DNA of 64,000 nt from positions 1,364,001 to 1,428,000 of the forward strand of contig JAYWIR010000011.1 of NCBI GenBank assembly GCA_036172245.1, in the 5' to 3' direction. Source of the DNA: Raillietiella orientalis. Its lineage: Eukaryota. How positions within the stretch are numbered: position 1 is the first letter of the stretch; the number at the start of each line of letters is the position of its first letter. The position numbers and the translations under genes were made by a program. Of this stretch, positions 12,855-24,300 are shown one piece after another. The notes under the pieces are model-generated. The model was not told the origin of the DNA and did no database searches. It saw only the letters and a list, made by a program, of their open reading frames with translations.

Positions 12855-13195
12855 GAGTACAAGGCCAGGGCCGAGTGCCAGGTTTGGCAGTCTGGAGCGG
12901 CTTGTCTGCTCGATGACGCTGGCCAGGAATGCTCGGCTGCAGCCGACGTAGTCAGGCGCTACTACTCCTCGACGGAACAGTCTCTCCGAGCTGCTTCTGC
13001 CGGCGGGTAACCCTGCTATCGACGAGGAGGAACGCGAAACTTTGGGCTTGCCCTTCACGGCGGAAGAAGTGTCTTCCTCCATAGAGGGCCTGAAGAGGTG
13101 TAAGGCGCCTGAGGAGGATGGCCTGCCCGTGGAGTTCTTTCATTGCTTCGCGGCAGAGCTCGTCCCTCTGGTGCTGAGCCTCTCCGCGCTGATGC
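12855..13195 (+). mobile_element. Tx1/L1-like linker and RT-start fragment
   Basis: WQSGAACLLDDAGQE..RRYYSS and LPFTAEEVSSSIEGLKRCKAPEEDGLPVEFFHCFAAELVPL, homologous to 53840-54170. Confidence 0.88.
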
Positions 13196-14740
13196 GTTTT
13201 GAACCCGGTCACGCCGGGACGTTTATTCGTGAAAACAAACCACAAACTTGAAGGGAAATTTATCCCCTCAAGACACAAGAAACGCCCATACAAAAAGTTT
13301 AGCCTGGAAATACCACCGGCACGCAGGCCAACTTCAAAAAGAAGGGAACGGGAGGAGAGGGGTACAAAATAAACAAAACAAAACAAAACAAACAAACAAA
13401 CAAACAGGGGAGGGTGGGGTCAGGGATCTTTGGTATCACACGTTGCTCATCTTTCTAGAAGCGCTGTTTGACGATGGCGACTTCCCTGGCGACTTTTCTG
13501 GACAGATGAAGCCACTTTGCAGCTGCCTCCATACGGTTGGCGGCTCTCCTGGTGGCGTCTTTCCGCTGTGAACTCCCTTCGAGCTTACGGCGGGCCGTCA
13601 CGATGGCGCGAATGCAACAGATTGTTGCAATCACAGCGCCTTTTTTCAGTCCGTCTTCGCTGAAGAAACGTCGCAGCAGGTCGATGGCAGTGTCCTGGGG
13701 ACGACGAAGTGCCGAAGCGAGTCTCCGCCATAACTCCTGCAAAACATTGCAGTCCAGAAGTGGGTGCGGAAGCGCGATTCCATCGCCCTGCACCTGAGGC
13801 AGTTCGGGGAGGCAACTCCCCCGGAAACCAAGTGTCTGCGCTTATTGCACTGAAAACCGTAGTGCAGGAATAGCAGAACATCCTGTTTCCATCGAAGCGG
13901 GAACACGGAGGTGTCCACACACAAAGAAGGGACCACGAGTTCTTCGGGGAGTAATCCAAGAACCTCACTCCCTTTGCCCGGTAACGAGGAGTGGCAGCCT
14001 CTACCAACACGCTCGTTTTGCAGCCGCTCAGCAGTCTTTCCACTCCTGCAATGCTGCAGAAGAACTCCCACCTTGCCGGTTGGCTACTGTCGTTGTTTGC
14101 CCTGAGAGCAGACAGCGCTGCGGCGATGGGTGAGACGGCTACCCGGGACCAAAGCGACCAGTCCTGTAGGATCACTCCTAGCTGTTTGCGTAAGAGGCCC
14201 TTTAGAGGTCGCAGTTGCTCTGGACGCACATCCAAAGTGGGAGTCCAGTGCTCCAGAGCTTCCTGCTGCCAAGCATTCCAGTTGGAGGGGCGGCAGGAAA
14301 TCCAGGAATGGGCTAACAACAACGAGGAGAGATGCCTCAGAGGGTCGGCAAATTCAGTTCTTCGGCGAAGGTTACGCGGCAGCAACGAAAGCAGTCCTGC
14401 ACTGCCGACACATCGCTGGAGGATATGGCGAGCCGGAGCACACCAGTGACTAGACCACAATTTCCCACATAGTCCAGCGGTAGCATGAGGCAGTAGAGTT
14501 GCTTGACTGGGGTCTTCCGGCCACGGAAGCGCTGACTCCTCTCGGGAGTGCGCCAGCTGCAAACAGGCGGATGCCTTCAGACACATGCCTCTGGACTGTG
14601 GTGAGCTTTAGCACATGCGCAGACACTTCGCAGTCAACGTATTCCGTCATGAGAAAAACTTCGTTAACTCCCCCTCACGGGGACTCACCTGGGTTACTGC
14701 TCTGCCGGCTCCATCTGGTAAGGATAGGATCTGATAGCAG
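13196..14740 (-). mobile_element. Tx1/L1-like 3' half, subfamily B
   Basis: KLWSSHWCAPARHIL..WISCRPSNW..VSGGVASPNCLRC..PHPLLDC..KWLHL; 3' terminus at 13196-13227. Confidence 0.85.
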
Positions 14741-14829
14741 ATCTCCTCGATGACGATATCAGGATCATGTGAAAGCTAATGAATTCAAGGCAGGACTTCT
14801 CTCTCCCTTTTTCGAGGTACTTATTGGCT

Positions 14830-15800
14830 GCTTCGAGCGGGAAGTGCATCAATGTTGTCCCACTTGACTCACATAGTCTTGTTTCTTATGAACGACCAGT
14901 CTCTCTTGTGTACGAGGCTGGGAAAATAGGATTCCATAGGCTCGACTCTTGACCAAGCTGAAGGACTGATTACTGAGGATGTGTTCGGTTCTGGCAAGAA
15001 TTTCTTCCGTAGAAGATTGCGTCGTGAAAATCGAAATCGCCAACTGCTCTCCTGGATTTTCGTAGGCGTCTCTCATATTTATGTTGGGCACTGAGCCCCT
15101 GCTGACAGTTCAGTTGATCTCAGACCTTGAGAGGGCTTGCCAGAAGAGCAGGAGCATTTGAAGGAGGCTATTGCGAAACTAGCCCTACGGACTAGGTCCT
15201 GAAATATGCTCAGCATATTTCTTCGATGCTCTTGGTAATCCAGCAAGGATGGCAAAGTCATCGGCATACTCCAGAAGGACGTCATCGCAGTTTCCATTCT
15301 TGATTACTCTCAGGTTCACTCTTATGTGAAGATAAATACAAGAGTGCTGGACGCACACCTTTCGTTCAGTACTCCGCGCATCTAAAAAGGTCTCTGACGT
15401 TACAGAGGATTCCAGCCGAATGCATCTGCTGATGTTGGAGTTCAAGTCGTCAAGAATTGTGGGAAACTTAGCCCAACTCCAGCTTCTGCTCGTGTTGTTC
15501 GCGTCATGGTATGCGAGATGAAGCCCAGAAGATCATTGAACCTAACGAGGTGTAGAAACCATTCAAAATATCCCTTGATCGTTCACGTGTGGAACCCAAT
15601 CGCGTTTCTAGAACAACGCTCCCGTCAAAAATTCCATCGGGGAGTGGCAATTTCTTCTCCTGATGACTGACTGCCTGGTATTCTGGGTTCCATTCTAATA
15701 ATCGTGCCGATAGTGTAAACACCTCCAGTGCCAATAAAAATCGCCCTTCAATCGTCAGTCTTCTCTATTAAGACGGGATCTTTCGAGGTGAAAATTGTCC
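14830..15800 (-). mobile_element. Decayed non-LTR reverse transcriptase of a different, older family
   Basis: VLLEYADDFAILAG (YADD motif) and upstream RLLEWNPEYQAVS (PE.Q.GF-like); heavily frameshifted, clade not assignable. Confidence 0.55.
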
Positions 15801-16037
15801 GGGTGTACTTCTACTGTTCGGGAATGGGGCTGAACTGATGCAATGAACTGAACGCTCGTGTTGGAGTGGTAACATGAGGATGAATGGCAACATCGTCCTT
15901 ACGGGCTATGCAATCCCGAATACCCAAGGAGACGAATCCTCTTCCCCCCCCCCCGTGTAGGAGCGATGAGACCTCTTCTTTTGCGAAAGAAGACCTTTCT
16001 GGAGGAGCAACCCATGTCTACTTCATATTAAACAAAT

Positions 16038-17847
16038 GTTTTCACCCGGGTGAGGCGGGGCTTTTATTTTTTAAAAGAAACATTTTAACAATTTGTAATT
16101 GCAGTCGACCTTTTGAATTGTATTTGTGTTCCTATCGGAACACATTTTTCGTATTGTTTTGCGCTTGTTTACCGACTTGAGTGCCGGTAAGGCCTACTCC
16201 ACTCGCGAAGGGGAAGGGAAAAAGGAAAAAAAAAATACAAAAAAAAACGAAAAAAAAAAAAGAACGCTTGGGAAACATTGTTTATGGGGAGGGGGAGGGA
16301 AGGGAAGGGATCACTGTTCGCCCAGGGGAGGCCTCTGCATCTGGTTCCGGATGCTAACAAGTGCTGGCAGAATTTTTCTCAGTCGGCGCCAACGGGAAGC
16401 CTTCTCCATGGAGATGACCGCCCAGTGGATGGCATTCCGACTACTGCGGCCTCTTATCGACGCGTTCCACTTGTCCAATATTCCCCGTGTGCAGCAGAGA
16501 ACTGCAACACACGCGGCACCTGGCAGGGAGTTCCGCATCAGGAGGAGACGAAAAATGTTTTTAGGGTCGCCCACCGCTACGTTTATGGCCGACGAGAGTC
16601 GATCCCACGTGCGGCGGAGGGCAACACATTCGATTAGTAAGTGGCGGAAGGTCTCCCTTTCCCCGCACTCTGTACAATGGGCATTCAATCTCCCCAATGT
16701 CCAGTGAGACAGAACGTGCTCTGCTTAAAAGTCCCCAAGGGAGCACAAGCAGCGCCGCCTCCTGCCAATCCAAAGGGAGGGTGCCACTGTCCCAATACGC
16801 CGGGGTCCACTTCACCTCCTCCGGAGGCATGCCGAGCAGCTCGCCCCAGCGCACAATTCCATTTGGCGGGACACTCGGGGTTGTAGCGTCCGCTAGTTCC
16901 CGGGACGTCCACGCCTTCATTAGTTTTTTCCTGTCCCCGATGAGGCAGGACACTTCATACGAAGTCTCCTCTTGGCTGTCCCTGGCTTCCATAAGGGAGG
17001 GCAGCACGGGGGCAAGGGGGATGAATGAGGCCCACAAAAGCTTTTGTGGGTGGGATACGATCTCCCGCAGGGGCTGGCCAGCGTTCCTGCCTCGACGAAG
17101 GCAGGAGAAGTCCACCTCGCTGGAGCCGTTGATTTTTGCCCACGTGGAAACGGAATCCTGGAGCCAGGTAGTCCAGTTTGCGTGGCTGCAGGAGATCCAC
17201 GGGCTGCTCCTCACCAGGGCCACCAATTCACGTAGCTGTGAACCACAATGGTACAGTCTATTGTCGTTGGCTACGAGGACTGAAATCAGTCTATCGCAGC
17301 CGGTTGTCCTGTGGGCGAGGAATCGTATGGGCGCACACCATGGTGCTGTCCAATATTTTGCCGCAAAGGCAAGTTTTCTTAGTTGGAGCTGACGCTCCAT
17401 GCGCTCCAACGTCAGGATACCAAGTCCACCGTCCCTGCGTGGAGCGCACATGTCTTTAAGTCGGACGCGGGGCCTCCGGTTACCCCAAAGGGCTTTCCTG
17501 ATGAGGCCCCTTGTTCGTGTCCTAATTTGGGGAGGGACGGGGCACACAAAAAGTAGAGGGCGAAGGAGGGGGGCCGCAAAGGCGTTCCACACCGCTGCCC
17601 GTTCCCGCAAGTAAAACTTGCCGTCCCGGAACGGGCGATCGCTAACTCCACCTTTTGAAGACGGTCGGACCAGGCTTCTGCAGCGCACAAGTCCCCCAAC
17701 GGAACGCCAAGGTACTTGATCTACCCGCCCGTGGGGATCCCCAAGCGGATCCATGCCGACCGTCCTGCCCGCGACGAGTCAGAGAAGGTGATCGACGACT
17801 TCGTCCTGTTCACCTCGAGACCTGTCCCGCGGCGCAGCAACTCGAAG
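16038..17847 (-). mobile_element. Tx1/L1-like 3' third, subfamily C
   Basis: LLRRGTGLEVNRTKS..KYLGV..RERAAVWNAFAAP..LPLDWQEAALLVLPWGL..CTECGERETFRHLLIEC; terminus at 16038-16068. Confidence 0.9.
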
Positions 17848-18225
17848 ATTAAACAAATGCAGGCAAGCAGTCCAGAAATTTTCCTAATATATGACAGAAA
17901 ACATGATTGCAGTGTCCGTGTCCCATATGTTGATGTCTTCATTGGAATACATAACTTTGATGAAGTCTAAATAAGGAGCATAAAACTCACGTTTATTCTG
18001 ACATGCCATTCCCCAAGTAGTGTGCCCTTCATAGATAATGCCTTTGAAGAATGGCTCGTTGTGCACTATGGTTTTAGACAAGCAGAGGTGGAGTTGTCCT
18101 CCTCATGATGCCAGTTTCACTCTTTCGACAAGGTTTGCTTTGCTATGAGGAGTGGTCCACATTCTTAGCGTGAACATATTGCTGGGTTCCTGCACGTGAT
18201 TTTTATGATGGCGCAGCAAGTCCTA
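17848..18225 (-). other. Possible endogenous negative-strand RNA virus nucleoprotein fragment
   Basis: Near-open frame ..LVERVKLAS*GGQLHLCLSKTIVHNEPFFKGIIYEGHTTWGMACQNKREFYAPYLDFIKVMYSNED fused directly to the Tx1 RT. Resemblance to mononegavirus/chuvirus N C-terminal lobe is a loose pattern only. Confidence 0.3.
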
Positions 18226-19150
18226 AAGATACTCACTCGGGTCGCAGCCGTTTGACCTCAGACACGAGTGACAGCGTTGCCTTGATGATTGCAACGGAAG
18301 CAGAAAGAACACACGCAGCTTGGCATGAAGGGAACTCCAAAGCTGTGAAGTTCTCCACGATTGGGTCGGTGGACAGACGAATGTTAATAAGCTTGAGGCA
18401 TCCAGTAAACACGCACACTAAACTCGAAAGTTCATGGAAGAAACTGTAATGAAGTGCTGCAGCGGTCGCAATCAGCAGAAGAAAATGTCCACCAACTCGA
18501 TGCTTTCTTACTGACCTTCATGATGTCGCTTCATCAGAATTGATGTCTCAAGGCTGGGACTGTGAGTCATGAGAAAAATCAACTCCTTCTCGTGCTTGCT
18601 GATTTCTAAATCCAACGCTGAGAATTTCGCTTGCAAGCAGCATCGTCTCTTGAGCACAACGGCGGGAAATTTCTCAAGAGAGAAAGAGCGCTGCATAACA
18701 AGGAGGAGGTTCGCCTGACCCATAGAGTCACGAACAATTTTCGAGGTAGCTCGATGCCGCCTGCGGGAAACTTGAGCTCTTAGGGATTAGCAGGCCTCTC
18801 ATGGGAAGAAGTCGTTTACAATGCCAATATGAATTCCTTTGGAGGAAGGTTCTTCCAGCAGAGGAGGAGTGCAGGTGTATGGCAACACTGGAAGTGAGCA
18901 GATTAGGTGTTCCTTATGACCTGTGAAAAAAAAAAAGGAAAAAGAAGGAAGCTTCTGGTGCCTAACCACCGTGGTCACGAAGGACTTTCACCGCTGAACA
19001 AAGCGCGAGATGGGGCTTGGAAAGTGGCTGCAGGAGATGCGGAGGTACACGGAAAAGGGAAGAGCCGCATTGATGTGTAGCGCCACCAGTATACGGGTGC
19101 TCGCTTGCCGCGCATCTGCTGTTCTGGCACGCCCAGGGACCCCGTTCTAG

Positions 19151-20010
19151 TCATAACAACCGGGTGGAGCTCAGGGATGCTGTGCACAGAATTGGGACGC
19201 GCCTTCTTGTCCCCCATCGGGGGATACGTGCACCGTCACCTGAGGAACGGAAGCATGGGATAAAACCAAACATGGTGATGATGAAAATCATTCGACATGT
19301 TGATTTCATTCTTGACAACTGAGACGAAAGGATTCTTTTTTCAACTTTTTCAAAGACAGCGTCGTGTTCGGGGCTTTCACATATGGTGGGATGCTGAGGT
19401 TCACCTACCGCTGCTTTCCATCCAGCTTTTTCTTCCGGTTTTCTGAATTTCGTTTCGTTGATACTCTGTGACCGCTGCTTCATTCCCCTGGAAACACCAG
19501 AGGCCGCGTGGGACACCAAGTGACTATTTTCCCTGCCATGCAATTCGAGGGTGGGCGCGACGCATCCCAAAAGAAACCTGGGAGAAACTTTCCTTATGAT
19601 ACCTCGGAGGAACAGGAGCGGTTTCCGTTTTCCATTTATCTCTATGGGTTGAGCCATAGATCATAGCTCTCCTTGTTTATCTCCGAAGAAATCAGGAAGC
19701 CATCCTGATTTCTTCTCCGGATGGAACCCCAAAGGCAGCGCTCTGCATGCCTGGCTGGAAGGGCATCCCGAAAGGAGTTAGTTCCGAGGTCATTCCAGTG
19801 CCAGACTGGGACCTCGAGTCACCCAGCCTCCTGCAGGGTAACTCGACACCCGCCCACAACGCATCCAACCGCGGCGCTTCTCTTCTAGGGGCGTTCCAAC
19901 TCTTTACTCTTCTAGGCTGTCACGCGCGGGATGCGCAGATCGACGGCCTCCACGACAAGCGCAATTCTGAGTGTCTGCGGTATCCGCGGGTCGGAGGGAA
20001 GTTTCCGTTC
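19151..20010 (-). other. Unidentified element: hairpin-rich leader followed by a 168 aa ORF (copy 1)
   Basis: Perfect 13 bp hairpin at 19685-19715 and further stems at ~19814-19846 and ~19925-19988. ATG at 19657. Shares motifs with 57113-57855. Confidence 0.5.
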
Positions 20011-21589
20011 ATTTTGTGATATTCATGCGGACTTCTCAGCTTCCTCGCCTATGATGTGAGTGAATTCGAACAATCAGTAATCAAGAAGAAGGTGTACACT
20101 ATGTACAAAATACACCTCAGCAGGTAACTTGAATAAAAAGAGCCGTGTATTGGATATGCTTGAGGCTGACTACACCGCTGCAATTCCTTTGCATGAAAAG
20201 AGATCGCTTAACGGCTTCGAAGAGTCGATGATTCTCTCTCGCCTGTCTGTTGCAATAAGCGATAAAACACGTGCACCAGGACACCTGAGGTGACGGAAGC
20301 AGTCGACTTCTGGAACGATTTCGCCGACAAGAACCGTGCCAATTGCGAAATCCAGGAAAGCCTCTTGTATGCACTCTGGGGATTCCAGTTCCATTAATTT
20401 TGTCACACTTGCTGCCTCACAGGAGATCCTCGAATGCTCGTCCATCTTCTGGATTTGTTGACTCTTAGTGAGGATGCAAGCAGTGCAGCGATAATTGATG
20501 TCAATGCGTGAGAAATTTCATCATATGAATTGAGGCAGCGCTCTATCCATTACATCACGTGATCCAGTGGGATAAGTTCCCTTTCTATTACTGCACGAGT
20601 GCATCCCGCACGAGAGTTTCACTATGGTTTTCGGATGCAGCGGAACACACCGAAGGAGCAAACTGCAGTTACGGAGAAAATTCGAAAAAATCTAGCGAGA
20701 TGCATGGATCGGAAACGCAGGTACGCGTTCGGAAGCTGCTCAAAGATACTGCATCTGAATCAGGAGGATCCTTATGCTCGTCCGCCATCACTGCTCGGTT
20801 TACCTCATTCTGTGCTTTCAATATGGTTAGCATTATGCTTTCTTGAAGCAAAGATTCAATCAAATCGTCTCTTTGCTGCCGCCAAACGTCCTGCGTTCAC
20901 TATGGCATTCGAACTGCATGAATGCTTCATTCGCAGCCAACCCCCCTTGGACCCAAACAGCAGAGATTTCATTGCCACTTTCTCAAAGAACTGCATCTTT
21001 TATGTTACTGATGAAGGCAGTCGTGGTCCTCGCCAGTGTCTTCATCCACTAAATGCCAATGAGCAGTAAGGTATGAAGCTTTCATTCAGAAACCGAAAAA
21101 TGTAAGCAGCAAGAAAACCACGTTCACATGTCAGCTTTCTCGATACGCTGAACATCTGATACCCCTCAAATTCAGCAAGGGCAGAAATTGATCTTTCGGT
21201 AGCTCCAGTTAGCAAGTTTACCTGAAACAAGTGTGAAATCACAAGCAAACTAAAAGTTGGCACCGTGGAGACTTCAACGATACCACCTTTTAGTTTACTT
21301 ATCTTTTACGACAAGGGAATGAAATTCGTGGGAGCGTTGTCTTAGAAAACACAGAGTCCATGAGCATTCTGTCAATTGGCAAAACGTGCAGCTCCATGGT
21401 AAGACGTATCTGTGTGTCTGCTTCTCGTTGGTGCGTTCTCAGACAATCAGAAGTTCACAATCTGACTACATCCCAAGCGAAACAGGTTTGCATCTGAGGC
21501 ATCCCTGCACATCTCGCTTGGATCCCATACTCTGAACTGCTTGCATTGGATTTTTTTCCCGAAAACCCACCAAACCTTACTTCTATCCC

Positions 21590-21790
21590 ATGTCTCTTCA
21601 CTGACTCTTAATCGATTCTTTTCCCTACACTTCATCTTTCCCTTCATTATAGTAATCATGTCCCTATCACACCTATTCTTTCTCCATAGAAGCTTTTCTT
21701 CAGACCCTCTAGGAACCAAGAGAAACCTAGACATACTCCCCTTCCGACCATTCTTCATCATTGAAGACCTAACAAGCCCTCTATCACTCG
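21590..21790 (+). pseudogene. CYTB: Mitochondrial cytochrome b fragment (NUMT)
   Basis: TLNRFFSLHFIFPFIIVIMSLSHLFFLH.SFSSDPLGTK.NLDILPFRPFFIIEDL matches cytb helix D with both heme His residues and the NPLG..D.IPFHP pattern. AGA codons fall at Ser-like positions, consistent with the invertebrate mitochondrial code. Confidence 0.9.
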
Positions 21791-22299
21791 CTTCGTTTTC
21801 CACTTCCTGATCTTTTTGATTGCAGGAACTCTTCCTGCTGCAAGGTATCACTCAAAGAGAGGTAGCCGGACACTTCTGAGAGACGTTCTAGTAATTTCTG
21901 AATAGAGTTTGCTTTTGAACATCCACTTCCGTATGCGGAAGGGGAATTCTGACATGAAAACTTCTCGCGACCCGAAGTGCTTGGACGTGACATGTAGGTG
22001 TTTTGACATCTCTGGCAAGATACGAAGTCAAGGACTCCACCACTGATGAATTCGTCTCCCGACCTTACCTTATGCAGCTTAAAAAATGCAGACTCTACAA
22101 AAGATCTTGCACGATTATCCTCTACATCGAAAAAAAAATATTCCTTCTTATTACATGCGCAATCGATGCGGAACAGGAAGTAGTCCGAGCATCATCAGAG
22201 TGAAGCTTTTCTACCTCACTTTGGTTATGCCCACTAGCCATGGTCATCGGAATGAGAATCGAAGAATCTCATAGTTATGTAACTGGGGATGCGGCTTTG

Positions 22300-24300
22300 C
22301 AGCTTCAGGAAGTTTCAAAAAGTCATCACAACATGAAGCAACTTATCCCACCAGCATTTTGCACTGGAAGTGCCAAGCACATGTAGTGCATGGTGACCAC
22401 GCTGTAGGTGTCTGTTCTCTCTTGGAAATTTACGTTGCCTCATGCATGGATAGCCATCTGCTACAATCAGTTATGAGCGCAAAGTGCACAACTTATTGCA
22501 TGCAAAGCTTTTCAATGAATCTGAACTGGTGTCTGCGTGACAGCGTCACCAACATGAAACTCGCAAATGAGCCAACGGGCTCTTCCTACTGAAGCAACCT
22601 CAATTCCCAAACTCTATTTGCAAAAGCTTTATAGAAAACACGATAATGCCTTTCAGAACCACGGAGGATGCTCAGCGGCTCAGCGATTCCAAGAGTTCCG
22701 GACACCTGAATAACGTGCACTGCACAGTTTTCACTTTTTCTGTCCCCATTGCAACACTGCATTGCAAGAACACGACCCCTGTAGTGCAGTGCACCTTCTG
22801 TGTGCTCGGTCTTGATACCCATCCATCCAGTCTGAGCGTTCGCATGGAAGTTCCAGCAAGCGGATGAGTGGTGGGGGACCAAACTGGACATACGTACTTA
22901 GGAATTGCTGCCACGGAAGGAATTTCTGGCAGGACACTATTTGTCAGGTAAAAAAAAAATGTGTGGCTCCGCGATGAAGAGAGAAAAAGTACCAAAGTCT
23001 CACAGGAATGATCAGCGAATTCCTTGTGTGAAGCAAAGATAGACGATGCTGATTGCTTCGAAAGTTGAATGAAATGCCCGGAGAGCAGCAGATTTGCTGA
23101 TCTCACACGAGTCGTTTGTCTTCTCGTCGTTAATGGCTGCAGCCAAGCAAAAGTCAATCCGGTGCTTGTTTACGAGACGATGGCAATCTGAAGGAAAAGG
23201 ATGCGGCCCTGCTTTCCGATTTTTCCGCACGCCAGAGCAGTCATGGAGAAAATGCGGTTGAAAGGAGGGAGGACAAATATGGAAACCTTCGCCGGCGTTT
23301 CCGGAATAAGATCTCCATCCTCCATCATCCTTTACTTCCTTTTGGTTACACTTCAATACCGGAGCGACTCGCAATTTCTTCGGTCATGCGGGATTGGAAT
23401 GCTGCAAGAAGAGCGCGTTCCGAAATGAAGGAAAACGAAAGCGATCATCTGATGATTTGCCGATAAGCGGAATTTTTCTTCGGGACGAAACGAATTTTCT
23501 CGCGCCACGCGAGGGTGGTTATCGAATACTCGGATAAATCTAGCCCTATTTTAGCATCGCCCTCCTTCGGAACAGGACAGAAGAGCCCAAACCTCGAAGA
23601 AATGAAAGTAATCATCTTGGAACTCCTCCTTCTTCGGGGTGGCCAGTTCTCCTCAGAGCTGACAAGGTACAGTCTTGCCTTTCTCTCAATGCACTCCACT
23701 CGTGTGTGCAAATACCATAAAAATGTACTTCGCTCAGTTTGATCCAATGTTGTTGTCTCCCAATGCATTCTGCGGATTTCAACCTTAGAGAAAAGTCCGT
23801 AGGCAGACATTTCACGTTTCAGTTCTCAATAACGTGAACTCCAAAGCAAAGCAACCTGCACAGAATTGATCATTTTGGCGACTGCCGTCTACGGCAGTTC
23901 AGAGGTCTTCGAATGTTGCAGAGGCAGCGCCCACGAGGCATGATTTCTGTTTACGGATGCCTGGTGTGAGGGAGAAACGCAGCTGTACCAAAGGCATGCT
24001 GCCGTCTTAGGAGACCTCTCCTAAGAGTAAGACTCGCGAGTTGCCATCCGCGAAAATCGCTCTTTCGAACCTTGAGAACGATCACGAGTTGCATCCATGG
24101 AGATCGTCAGATGCCCACCTTTTTGTCTTTTACGCTTCCGCCAGCCACAACGCCGATACTTCGCAATAAATCTGTAGGTTTCCTCAGAATCAAAGGTCAG
24201 CAACTGCACTCATTGAAAGATGCGAAGCTTCCGAAAATTCCGTTGCCAATTCTCTATTCTGAATTTCTGCAAAGTAAAAATGTAACTGCAAAGTCAGGCA
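22300..24300 (-). mobile_element. Highly decayed non-LTR RT and C-terminal relic
   Basis: Residual LKCNQKEVK (L..N..K.K thumb-like) and a Cys/His-rich C-terminal-like segment; many frameshifts. Confidence 0.35.
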
